Assembly: GCF_026210795.1 (NCBI RefSeq) | Contig: NC_089431.1 | Coordinates: 3,844,001-3,908,000 of the forward strand | Direction of reading: 5' to 3' | Length of the DNA stretch: 64,000 nucleotides | DNA from: Rhizophagus irregularis | Lineage: Eukaryota | Shown: in pieces, positions 12,902 to 25,790 of the stretch | How positions within the stretch are numbered: the stretch's first letter is position 1 | How the letters are laid out: each line of letters opens with the position of its first letter | Notes under the pieces: model-generated | The model's input: only the letters and a program-made list of their open reading frames with translations | The model's database searches: none | What the model was told of the DNA's origin: nothing | Position numbers and translations under genes: made by a program

Positions 12902-15040
12902 AAGATTTTATTGTGGCTATTAATTTCAAAGTAGTCCAGAATAATAGGATTAAAGTTATTTTGTTTTATAAAATGATCGCATAATAGAGAAAATTGATAT
13001 TGTTCGATACAAAATTCAAGGTGTTGTACAGTTTCTGTTTGGCAAAAACTGAACATTTATTTAAAGAATTCTTTGATAGATTTCTCTTCATGGGCAAAAA
13101 AAAAAAATATTTTTATTTATCATGAGGAATTCTTATTAAGAATTCTAGATTAACTTTGATCCTCATTCCATCGAAGATTTCGCTCGGACAAAAATGGCGA
13201 GATTTTGGGTAATCATGTGTAGATCCTTTAATTCATTTATCGTATGTAAATTAATAAGCCGGTTACTTCATTCCTTTCATATTTTTTTTCAATCCGTTTG
13301 TCAGAATATACATACATATACTGTATGTACTGTATATAGAGTTTCGTCATAAATTTAAATTTTATTTACATGACACCTTAACTTGTACGATCGTACTAAA
13401 TAAATGTAAACTTTGACAAACAAGATGATATTAAATTTTGGAGAAAACGTTTATTTATGTTAAATTTTTAAAACCATATACTATATACGTATTTTTGTAA
13501 TGAAAAATAATAAATGAGTAAATAATCATGAGATAAATTTTTTTTTTTTCACTTTTTTCTTAAAATACTGTTAGAATTTTTTAACAAAAATTATAAAACG
13601 CGCAATGGCGCTCAACGTCATGCATAGTTACATGATTTAACTTTTTATTCTATATTATTAGTAGATTAGCTACTAAGTTGATTCTATTAATATAATAATT
13701 ATATACCGCTTTGCATTATTTAATTCTGCAGCATATACTTCACATATAAGTTTTTCAATTTTTTTTTATTTTAACAATATTTGCAATATATAAAAAATTA
13801 GTATGGATTAAATCTTTTTTTTTTTTTTGACCATTTCGAGGGTAACTTTGTTTAGTTTAGACCATAGTTTTTGAGAAATCGCACACTATGGCGGCGTTGA
13901 TCGCCAGTGGTGTGATTTAGTAAAGTTGATTTTTAAAATGAAAATTTTTCCAAGATAAATGTTACACCGACTAGTATAATTTGTCAAATCTTTGTTCGGT
14001 ATTATGATAACGTCAGCCAGTACCTAATGGCAATAAAATTTCAGTGGGAATTATTGTAAAAGGAAAAATCTCAACCTTTTACGTATTAGTAAAATACAAT
14101 TTAACGTTCATCTTATTATTTTTTCTTCGTTTTTGAGTTTTGTGACGGTTCACTTAATTTATAGTTCATTAATTAATCATTATTTGATTTTTTTTTTCCT
14201 AAAACAAAGATTTTCTTTCGTTTTTTTAGTTCACGATGATGAAATTCAACAATAAGAAACTCTTTTTTCGAATGAAAAATTCTATACATTCATATTGACA
14301 AGAATTTCATCAAAAATATTGACGCGGTTATTAATTAATAATCTGATAAAAAATGACATTCACTCTAGGAAAGTTTACAATGTGACTTATATTAATAACT
14401 CCTTTTATGTTCGCTAAAACAATTATTATCAATTAGTCTTTTTGGGTTCATAAATTCATACAAAATTCTCTTCCGAGTACATTGTAAAAAAATCAACATA
14501 TAAAAATAAATTAACATTATCTTAATATCTTCAGACGATCATTTATTTAATGAAATTTGTTAAATAGTAAATTCACATGAAAATAATGATAGTCATGCGG
14601 AATTTTTATAATATTGTAAATAATAAATACTAAACATTTGATGACATAACGTCAAAGCCGATATTTAGAAATTAAAAAGGCGAATTATATCTTTTCTCCG
14701 TCGAAATATATAAGGGTAAGGTGATTTTTGTACAGTAGCTGTATGAAGGGAATTTTTTTAATATTTGTCCGAGTTCATTATCGCATGATCTTCCATTAGC
14801 AGTTGGTCTTTATTTTTACGGTAATATCTCAGTTGTACTGTCTTTTTTCGAAAAATTACAAATTTACCATGAATAGATTCTAAGACATTTGATTGTTCAA
14901 ATACTTCATTAAAATTAATATTAATTAAATGAACATGACCGATTAATTTAAACTATTTTGGAGTTTTTTAAAAAATTAACCCAACAAGTACAGTATATCC
15001 GAATCATCCGGGATATCATGAAAAAATAGTTTCCCATATG
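9770..15040. repeat. Second copy of a local segmental duplication (first copy ~1-5390)
   Basis: Besides the kinase, non-coding blocks match collinearly: ~3575-3660 vs ~12610-12720, ~4400-5110 vs ~14045-14620, ~5310-5390 vs ~14950-15040. Fragments of a third copy at ~17480-17760. Confidence 0.85.
12756..12852. mobile_element. Short MITE (CCCTATAAAAAA TIR); second copy ~36655-36752
   Basis: Identical core aaatgatcacgtgtctgagtttcttcggaataaaaactagaaaaatgatca at both loci; ends ccctataaaaaa / ttttttatagg. Confidence 0.7.
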
Positions 15041-17081
15041 ATAAAATCATTCATATGCCTTAATTTACCTGAGCATAATTATATGAAATAGTAATATTGA
15101 CTCCAAAAATTTTCTCTTATTCAAATGATTCAACGCAGAATTCATTTAATCGCATGTTGTGTTTTTCACTTTTGCATGTCTTTTATCATTTTATTTAATC
15201 GTTCTTTAAAACAAGTATTTTGTAGCACACTAATATTTCCTAGTTAAGTTAATTTCATAAAATGTCTCAATAAAGCATAATTTGTGCACAATTAGTTATG
15301 TGTCACAGAAACTATTTGCACAAAATCTACGCATATTTCAACATGATAACATCTTATTCCCCACACCTATTATGCGACTTTTGCATTAATAAAATTATAT
15401 AAGCATTTACTTTATACATCAAATTTTTTTGAACCAGTTTGATAAATACAGCAAATTTCTTATGTTGTGATAATTGTCCGGGTTCCTTAAAATAGTCAAT
15501 TTGTGATACGCTAAATTATGTGTCACATAATAAGTGCTGCAGAAACACATACTTGATGAAAAGCAAAACGATGCGCAAATAAATAAATAATAATGACGAT
15601 TTTCTCACACTAAAAAATTTAATAATAAGGTATATTTCCTTCTAACAGTCTTAAAATGTTGGTTCGTCCTAATATCTACAAATAATGACCTAATGAATGT
15701 AAATATAATTGGCTGATATTTCTTTATCTCTATCATTATCAATCTATAAAAGCTAAATATGGTTTTTCTCAAATTATTAAGATTTAACTCAGGGGCGAAA
15801 GTTAATTGAAAGCATCTGTGATGGACCAATGAAATACAGTATGTTGTAAGAAATAAATTGATTGCGTGTGATACTCAATATATAATAAACTCACGTAGTA
15901 GAGTTCACTTATTAATAATTACCGTATATATTCCATTACATAGATGAATTATTTATTTATTTTGATTTACCGTTAAACTGTCAACAAACAGCAAATAATA
16001 ATAATTTTCTTTATAATTGTTTAACATAAATGTATTTTTTTTTTAACATATATGGAATAAAGTTATATTCAAATTTTAAAAATAGAGTAACTTAAAAAAC
16101 TTGTATTTCTATGATTCGAAGCTATAAATATTATAGTATACGATTGACAAAAATAATAACGATAAAAAAAATTTATCTAACAAAGATATAATAGGATTAA
16201 ACAAATAATAGATTTTTTTCTTCATAGAAGGACGAGAAAATTTTTATTTTTATTTTATTTTTCGCAAGAAATAATTTAACAACCTTACACAATCGTCTGA
16301 TCTCATCATGTGATTTTCTTAATCCCACGGAAAAAAAATTTAAATAAATATAATTTTTGCAAACCATAATTTTTGATTTAGATTTATCCGAAAATTCCAG
16401 TAAATCATGTGAACCAAATACTTTCATAATATTGGCGTTGATTTTTAATCTCGGTTGTTAAATATTTTTTTTTATTTTTTTCTATGTATATGAATCTTTG
16501 ATGTATCATCAGCGCTAAAGGAGATATTTTCTTAATTAAAATAATATCGTTTGGGCAAAAAGCAATTTATTTCACGCAAGAGAACTTGGTAACATTCAAT
16601 ACTTAACGATGAACGTCACATGATTATAAGGTCTGTTAATTTATAATATCATATCTGTATCTGGAAGAAAGGTTGCGCTTTATATTCTATTTATAGTATT
16701 TATAGTTATATAGTTACCTATAGTTTGTACTGGAATTGTGTACTTACAAGATATAAAAATATCTAGATCTGGCAGTATTAACCTTTCGAATTTTACCACT
16801 TGAAAGACGAAACTTTCGATTTTTGGATTTTTGGTTTCGCTCACAAAATTATTCTTTATTATTATAACCCATTTATAGTAGTAAAATTACCGTACCTAGA
16901 AAGTGATAACTTTCATTCTTTTCGGTGTGCAACCAGATTTTAAGTTCATTTCATATACAATTCTTAATAGTTTAATAGTATCTCTTGAAATTATTCACGA
17001 TATTGATATTAAATATTATAATTTAACCTCACATGCGACTAAATTTGCGCGTTTGTGGCTGATAATACTACAATGTAATAG

Positions 17082-17209
17082 TTGATAATAAATTTTTACT
17101 AATGCCATTCCAAAATTTATTTAAAATTTTAGACGATAAAGAAAATATTACGATGCTACAATTGAAGTTGTTAATAATCTTTACGTAAAAAGATTTCTAC
17201 TTTCATATA
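17082..17209 (+). pseudogene. Relic of a BTB-domain gene 5' end
   Basis: Frameshifted reading DNKFLL..QNLFKILDDKE.YYDATIEVVNNLYVK, matching the BTB N-termini at 6245 and 61428. Confidence 0.65.
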
Positions 17210-17828
17210 AATTCTTTATATTTCAATATTTTCTTTTGATCTTAAAGGTATGTTATCTGATATTAAAAACTTATTTATGTTTATACTCCGTTATTTCAGT
17301 TTTTTCTCAATGATGTTATGATGAAATTTCTAAATATTTATTCTTTCGGAAGCCTTTTTATGGTAATAATTAAATTAGCAGTTCATCTTTAAAGATGTTT
17401 TTTAATGAACTTTGCAATAAATAAGAGTTTTCTAGTTATGGTAATCAACCAGTATTTTATCTCATTAAGAAAGTTAGAATGTGACTTGTATTGATAATTC
17501 CCTTTTTATTCGCAAAAACAATGTTAATACAAATTAATCTTTTTTGGATTCTTATTTAGTCATTAAATTCAATAATTGTAAAATTCTTTTCTGAATATAC
17601 TGTACAAGCAATATAAAAATTATGTTAATCCAAGCGACAGGAAGATTCATAAATTATTGAGCTTGTTAATAATATTTTTACAAGATACGAGTAAAATCCA
17701 AATAAAAAGATGTTCTCATCCTATAAAATTTTTAAAAATATGAAAAAAAATGGTGGTCACGCAGAAATTTCGCTTGTGTTAATTTTCGCGTACATAATAT
17801 CAAAAGAAAGCGTCACAACACTAGAATA

Positions 17829-20058
17829 TTAAATGAGATCGTTAATATCAATATCAAATTCCTTGGTAATATATTCTATATTATTTTATAAATTGAAAAA
17901 AAAATTAAATATTATTTAATTATTATATAAAGCATAACATACAGTATTTACTTACCATTATTTTGAGGTTGATTCAAATCTATATTAATATCTAATTCAA
18001 TTTCTTTCGTAAAATAACCTTAAAGAAGAATATAAACATTAATATTATTATTTTCGTGGAAAGTTTTCAATTATTAATTAAATTTTTTATTGAAAATTCT
18101 AAATTTAGGAAATTTACAAAAACAAATCAAAAAAAAAAAGGGTAATCACTTACCAGAGTTTTTATTTTCGAAATTTTCCAATAATCTTCTCTTTTTAATA
18201 CTTTGATCTAAATTTTTTATTAAAAAAATAAATAAAATAAAAATTTGTAAGCAAAACTTTATTATTTATTGTGGTTAAAAAAATTAGTTTTATTAAATAA
18301 AATTTAATTTTCATACCATTATTACTGTCTTCAACCGAATCTTCATCAAACTTTCTTTTACCTTTAATAATAATGATGATATTAATGATAATACAAATAT
18401 GAGTAAATTTATTCATCGCACGTGCGATGCATCGCCACTTTCCTTTTTTGTAAATTATTTATGTTGATCAACCTGCTTATACATCGCCACCCCCTTAAAA
18501 TGGCAATGATAAACATAAAAATTTGCATCGCACGTGCGATAAATAAATTATTTCTACAAATAATACATTAAAAACCGAATAATTACCAGTAGATGCCTTG
18601 CTATTTTTCTGATAATAATAAAATGGATCTAAATAATTATTAGAAATAAGTTAGAATTTCCTTACAACGAAGCAGCCTTCAGTAAAATAAAATTCTTTAC
18701 CGATAGATTTACTTCTTGACGTTGCAGATTTAATCATGTGACTTAAAGGTCTACTCTTATAAATAGCTCCTGGATTATTCATTGTTACAGGTCCAATATC
18801 TGATGATTTTATGACTTTAATATTATCATGTTTATTACTTTTATTACCACTGTTCATATTATCAACTATAGTGTATATGGCTTCAACTGTTGGTCTTTTA
18901 TTTGGATCAGAATGCCAGCATTCTTTCATTAATTCAATATATCCTTTAGGTGCATTTGTAACAATTGGTGGTCGTAAACCATCACATATTTTTATTATAA
19001 GCTCTAAATCATGAATTTCATCCCAAAAGGGTCTTCTACCAGTCATAAGCTCCCACATAATCATTCCAAAACTATATATATCTGAAGCTTCAGTATATTC
19101 ATGTCCTTGAAAAATTTCTGGTGCCATATAAGGAATAATACCATATTTCTCATTATTATTATCTGTACATTCAGTTGCAGATTTACTTATTCCCAAATCA
19201 CCAATATACGCAAATTTTTTATTAATAAAGATATTTCCACTATGTAAATCTCTGTGAATAATACCCACGTAATGAATAGAATAAAGTTCAATCATTATAC
19301 ACCATAGTTTACCCACCTTTGTTTTCCAACTAATATTATAAAAGTCATTACTCAAATAATGCATCAAATCACCTAATTCATAATATTGCATAATAAGCAT
19401 AGTATCTTTGGTAATAGGATCTTGAGTAATTCCAAAATATACACTATTGAAACCTCCTCCAACGATATCATCTGTATAAATCTTATAAAATACCTTGAGC
19501 TAAATAAAGAAAGTGTTAATTTATCATCATTAGATTGAAAGATTTAAATATTGCATATACTGTACCTCATTCAGTTCCTTGGATGTAACGTTTTTAGAAT
19601 TGTTAAGCTTTTTGAGGACAACCGTATAATTATTGTCACGAGTAATATTCCAATCATTACATTTAATCTCATGCCAATTATTGATTGGACCATCAACCCA
19701 AATAGCTTTATAAATTTTACTAAATCCCCCTTCTGCAATAAATTCTATATTTTTGAATTGATCGTGAGGAACAAACTCCAATTTGCCTCCTGATTTATCT
19801 TTATTAATTTGTGTGTATGTGATAAGATCATCAATAACTTTATTTCCACTTGATTTAAGCATTGTCTTTACATTGTAACACACGCGACAAATCTGGTGAC
19901 TTTTGTCTAAAATTCTTCCAATTCTTTTATTACATCCATTACATTTCTTATATTTAAATAATTTTTTTTTTACCTGTGGTTTGTTTTGGCTGACTTAAAA
20001 ACATGTCGTTTGACAATGAAAAGTCAATTTTATGTTTGTAATTAATTGATGATTCCAT
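17829..20058 (-). CDS. Protein kinase (TKL-like) with multi-exon C-terminal tail; one frameshift or cryptic intron near the 5' end
   Basis: ATG 20058; exons ..-19566, 19499-18701, 18628-18587, 18361-18317, 18207-18154, 18018-17956, 17875-17829, all GT..AG and in frame. Motifs IAEGGFSKIYKA, HRDLHSGN, DLGIS, YMAPE. The A10 run at 19962-19971 breaks the frame unless 19973-19907 is spliced. Confidence 0.88.
18406..18549. mobile_element. 144-bp MITE inside a kinase intron
   Basis: 26-bp TIRs aatttattcatcgcacgtgcgatgca / tgcatcgcacgtgcgataaataaatt (1 mismatch). The host intron is 225 nt versus ~70-135 nt for its neighbours. Confidence 0.75.
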
Positions 20059-23000
20059 TATCTCAATTTTTTCTCAAAAAAAAAAAAAAAAAAAAATTTG
20101 TGTGTAATCTTCAAAAAAAATTTTTAGTATATATACAGTATATAAATATTTTGTCACAATAAATTTAACAATAAGGAATTTTTTGGGCTTTCTAGTCTAG
20201 TACTGAACTCCGGATCTATTTTATAAATTTGTATGTTCTTTTACTTCTTTATCATATAAATAATAATAAAGTATTTCTTTAGTTTTACCAAAAAAAAAAA
20301 AAAAAAAAAAATAAGGAATTTTTTTTCCGAACTCTCATGAAAAATTTCCATACGCACATTCTTTGCAGATTGATAATCAATCTAGAACTTTTAGAAATTT
20401 CGATAAGAATAAAAGAATTCTATAGAAGCGGTGATCAATTAGTCTTTGCAGAAATGTACGTGAGGACCTCACGTGAGTCAGATCAAAATAATATGGCGCA
20501 GTTGTAGTAGGTCGGTTATTCTTATTCTTATTTTTATTTTAAGGTATAAACAAGAATGTCACAATAAAATTTTAGGTACAGTATCTTTAAAATACAACGA
20601 GAAAAGGTAATTAAACTATTATTATCGTAAAACCTTTGAAAACTCTGGAATCGCCAGCCCGTTATTCTTAAGTATATCGAATTAAGAGAAATAGAAAAAA
20701 GAAAAAGATTCGGCTGTCGGATATCCTTGTATTATCCATAAAAACCTTTATTAATATAAAAAATAATGGTCATGTAGGAATTCCTTTTTCACAATTAAAT
20801 TAATTAAATTATAAACTTTCTCGTATTCAAATTTACGTTTCAAAGATTAGATTGTTAATTAAATAGTAATATTTTTTGGTCTTTTACTATTTTTACAAAT
20901 TAGTCATTGTAAGTTTTTACAATAGAAAGAAGTCAAATAATTTACACAACCTTCGGAATTTGATTTAGGAAATGATATACTTTCAATACAGTAAGTCATC
21001 AAATTTTGACAAAATAATACGAATACCCTAGATGTCTTTAAAATACTGGCTTCTGGCAAAGAACGATGAGAATAATAAACCGACTGTAAAAGTTATTTTA
21101 ATAATAAAGATGGAGGAATTTCTCAGAGCTAAACAACAAATGCAACAAATGTTGATTAGACTTGAGCAAGCAAAGTTTTATGGGATACCTTAAATTATTT
21201 ATTGAATCCTCAAAATTTAGCATAAGTTAGCTAGTATCCTTCATTCTAAAATGTTAAGATTAAAAAAGTTGTTGCGATAATAAAGTAAATATAAACATAA
21301 TCCTCAATTATGATCTTGTCGTTATCTTGTCATATACAAGTCACGTGATAGAAACGAGTGGGAAGTAGATTACACCCGGGTCGATGACGAATTTTTTTCC
21401 TTGTGGAGGACTTCATTTTAGATCTTCATTATACGATTTTAAATAATTACGTAACTTCAAATACTTACTTTGCTTGTCCGTTAATATTAAATAAGATTTT
21501 TATCAAAGCTTTACCTTCTATATTTTTAATTATAACTTGATTATTTGAAACTTTGCTTCATATGTAATTTACAATTATTATTAGTGCTATAGTTTATTTA
21601 AAATCAGTTTGATTATTAAAATCTTATGGAAGCTACAGGTTTCTTTAGAATAATATGATTTCTTTTAAATTACGAAAAATTTTAAATTAAAATTTAAAAT
21701 GTGCCAAAAAAAAAAAAATTAATACTGTACTTTAATTTAAACGATAAAATTTGAGAATTATCCAATATTTCTGGCTTGATTAATAATTAGTAAATAATTA
21801 AGTTCGTCAAACTATACACGATTTTCATTATGCAAAATTCCTTTTTTAACAAAAAAAAATAAACCGATTCATGAGTAATTGCGTCAAATAAATTGATAAT
21901 TTATATTTTTACAAGTCATTATCTTAGTTTAACGTATGTAATGTATACACTATTATTCATTAAGAAATATGATTCGAAAATAATTTCGTTATTTAATTTT
22001 AATCTTGCATCATTACTTTTAGCTGAATCATTTCTATATTTTTTAACGTTTTTGTAAAAACAAATCATCATCACATCGAAATTTTGTTATTACTGCGCTC
22101 GCTCTTCAATAACTTCTCATAAAATACAATGTATTTCTCTTAAAGACATCATATTTAATAAAATTATTTTCTCAATTAGACATTTGTTTTATTTCATTAA
22201 AAATCTTTTTAATATCACTTTGGAACTGAGCAAATTTTTTGCATTATTTTTTTAAATAAGCCATAAGAGATTTTAATGGCTGCGCCGTGAAATAATGAAA
22301 ATTAACTTATCACTATTACAGTATAAAGCTAAAATAAGATCGTTAATTAATATTACCCAAATTTTTGTCAAATAATAATGTGCACCAATTATAACTCCTG
22401 ATTTCCTGATTAAGAAAGCATATTTAAAGTTCCTTTGACATTTCTTAATATTTTTCCTTTACGTTTTGAGTTGTGACGGCTCCATATACTTCCGTTTGCA
22501 CGTTGAATTATAAAACACTATTAATAATTAGTTTTTATATGCAAAGTACCAAAATATATTTATATATAAGCGTCTAGTCGCACAAAATTAGATTGCTCAT
22601 TGCTAATCAAGTAAATAATATCTACCATCCTACACATAAGGTCATAAGATAAATTAATTCGATGTCAATTTAAGAGATTAGTAGATTTTGAATTATGTAA
22701 CTGTAATCATGATTTTTTTTTAAAAAGAAGTTTTATTATCAAGATTTTAACTTTCAAGTAAAGAACATTTATTTATTATTCATTATTTTCACTTCACGTA
22801 TTTTCTCTTTTTCTTTTACACTATGGTCTAATTAATATTTTGTATATATAAAGTTTTTTTTTTATCGAGCATAATATTGACTTAATCAATATTTTCAGAT
22901 AATAAAAAGTCTATATAATAAATTATTATATTTGATTTTTCTTAAAAAAAATTTCCGTTTGTGTCATTTGTAAAGCTTTTAAATATATATGCAATAAAAT

Positions 23001-25129
23001 TTAACAATGAAGATTTTTTTTTTCGAACTTGTGACAAAGTTCTATACACTTATTCCTTGCAGGTGAACAATTTCACCTTGGAAGGTTTTTTGACAAGAAT
23101 TCCATCAAAGAATAAAAAATGCGGAGATCAACAAGAAAAACATGTCATATGGAACAGATCAGAAATATACTTGAAACAAAATTTTACATGTATAATTCAA
23201 TTACAAAAAGAGAATGTACAAATAAAAAAAATAAAAATTATTATACAAATCTGATCCATAATTACTAATAGCAATTTCAGTCAGAATTTAAGGATTTTCG
23301 GCTAACTTTAGCCAAATATTTAATTACAGCCCAAATTAAGTTTAAGCATTGTCTATTTCCGATTCAAATATTAAATTGCATATAGGGTTAACCTAATTAC
23401 AATAATTATAATTTTTTTCTACAAATTTTAATATGATATGATTATAAATAAGGTTAATAATGATCCTTTGCATAAAGATATTATTTAACTATATTTGTGA
23501 AAAAATAATAATAATGGAATTCAAATAATTTGACTGATAAGAAAGGGTTTAAATTATAAGTACAGTAATATTTTATGAAGTATCCTTTTAATTTATAATT
23601 TCCATCTTTTGAAGAAATATGATTTATACCTCTGTTGGTTGCTGATATATTCTTGTTTCATACTTCAAAAATATTGCAATGAATTAAATCTCTGACTTAT
23701 TCAGTGCAATTCATTGCGCCTTTACACATTTCTCATGTCCACTATCTAATACCTACTCAAATAGAATAAATAAACTATGTAATGTATAATGTATAGTTTA
23801 ACTTCTGGAAATTCTACAAAAGTCCTATCCATATTAAATTAATCTTACATTTAACACAATATTCACTTGACTAACAAAATATTAATTTATTAAAAAAAAA
23901 GGGTTTTTAAATACCATTATTAAAAATAACAGTATAAACTAATATATTAAATATCACTGGCTTTATTTATCAAAGACTATGAGAATTTACTAACGATAAA
24001 TTAATAATAAGTTAAGGCAAAATGTACATTAAATTTGAGACATCAATATCTCTAAAAAGTGAAAAAATTTTGGAAAGCCTGTTGTATGTAATAACACTAG
24101 AATATAAATTGAATATTGAAATTATATAAGCTTTCAAGATAATAAAAAGAAATAATCTAGATTATAATTTAAAATATAGTAATTAACATTTACTGTAAGA
24201 GAAAAAACATAGCTGGAATAATATATATCATATATACATTCAAACAAAAATGCAGATTGCAACATTATAAAATTACTGATATATTTTTAAGCTTAAATTT
24301 TGTAATTTATTATAATTTAAAGAATTTTAAAGGGTTACAGATGTGAATGTAAAAATTAAATTGATTTTTGTAGAAAAAAATGTTTATAAATATATATGAT
24401 ATTGACATAATAATTGATAGTATAAAATTGAATATATTGAAGAAATAATATTTAAAATAATAATAGAGAAAATCAATAATTTGAAATATAATCTATATTC
24501 CAACCTTGATTTTTATTGAAATTTGGAATAAGAATTAGCAAGTTTCAGCTTTTATAGTATTACTGAAGATGCAAAGTATATATATATTATTTCTTAATAT
24601 AAATAATATTCAACTATACTGTAATTCCTGATATATTTAACAATACTTACACAATACTTATATTTTAGTTGATGAAAATTTTATTAAAGTTAATACATTT
24701 GAGTTAAAGTAATTAAAGGGAATTTACACTTCATTTAAATCATTATCTATTTTGCCAAAAGGAAGAGATTTTACAGTTATATGATTAAACTGTTAATTTG
24801 TTAACTTTCATATTGATAGTTAAACTTATATAAAAGTTTAATATTTTTTATCCTGCTTTATAAAATATAATAAAAATGAAAAAAAAAATAAAGAAAAATA
24901 AGCAAAGATGTCAAAATAGTTACAAAACAGTCAACGTAAATTTTAAAAAAAAGAATTAGATTTCTTAAAACCATCCTGAAGATTCTAAATAATTTTATTA
25001 ATACTAATTATAAAATTCATATTCATCTATATAACTAAAAAAATACATGAAAAAATCGTAACGTTTAGACAAGCATGTATAAATAGTTAAATTGTGTAAC
25101 TGCATCGTTATTTTTCTAAAAAAATTTTT

Positions 25130-25790
25130 TTTTTACTCTTTTTTTGACCGAATTATTTCAGAATTTTTTTGGTATTTATTTTTTTTCAGATTCCTTTTTT
25201 TTCAGAAATTTCCGTTTTTTTTTAAACCGATTTCTTTCTTTATCCTTTTTCTTTCCCCAAATATTTTTTTAATTTTTTTTTATTATTAAATAAATAAAAT
25301 ATTGTATTAAATATATTTACACAATTATTATTTTTTTTAAAAAAATCAAGTAACATGTAGGAAGATTGACTGACGTTGATGACGTTGATAGAAAGATGAT
25401 TAAGGTTTTTCAATTAAATTGAATGCTGGATAAATAGTTTGATTTTCAAATTCATAAAAATCATCTGTATCCAAAATTCTCTAAATAATCACTAGATTTT
25501 TAAATAAAGATTTTAATTCAAATAGTTTAGTTAAATTAATAATTTATTAAGTAAAATGAACATCATAATAAATGAAATGAACAGATTCTAATACATTTAA
25601 TTCTTCAAATATTTTTCCTAACTGCTAAGTTGGTTATGAGTTTAAGATTGACATAATATAAAAAAATAAGAAATAATTATAAAATTTATAATTAATTAAT
25701 AAAAATACTTCTAAAAAGTTAATCAATTTTTATTGATAATTATTTTTTCACATTCCTTAATTAATATGAATTTCATTCTACTTTGTCTAT
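25130..25790. repeat. Dispersed ~650-bp non-coding repeat, probably transposon-derived; second copy ~37150-37820
   Basis: Long near-identical stretches such as cagattccttttttt..cagaaatttcc, aatcaagtaacatgtaggaa.attgactgacgttgat and gctggataaatagtttgattttcaaattcataaaaatca. Confidence 0.85.

Noticed and set aside
18811..19793. Plus-strand ORFs 18811-19014 and 19551-19793
   Set aside because: Antisense shadows of kinase exons.
20493..20520. tRNA-like start (tggcgcagttgtagtaggtcggtta)
   Set aside because: No anticodon arm, T-loop GTTCRA or acceptor-stem partner follows.
21110..21194. Coding-like stretch MEEFLRAKQQMQQMLIRLEQAKFYGIP
   Set aside because: Too short, no family motif, and no convincing exon structure.
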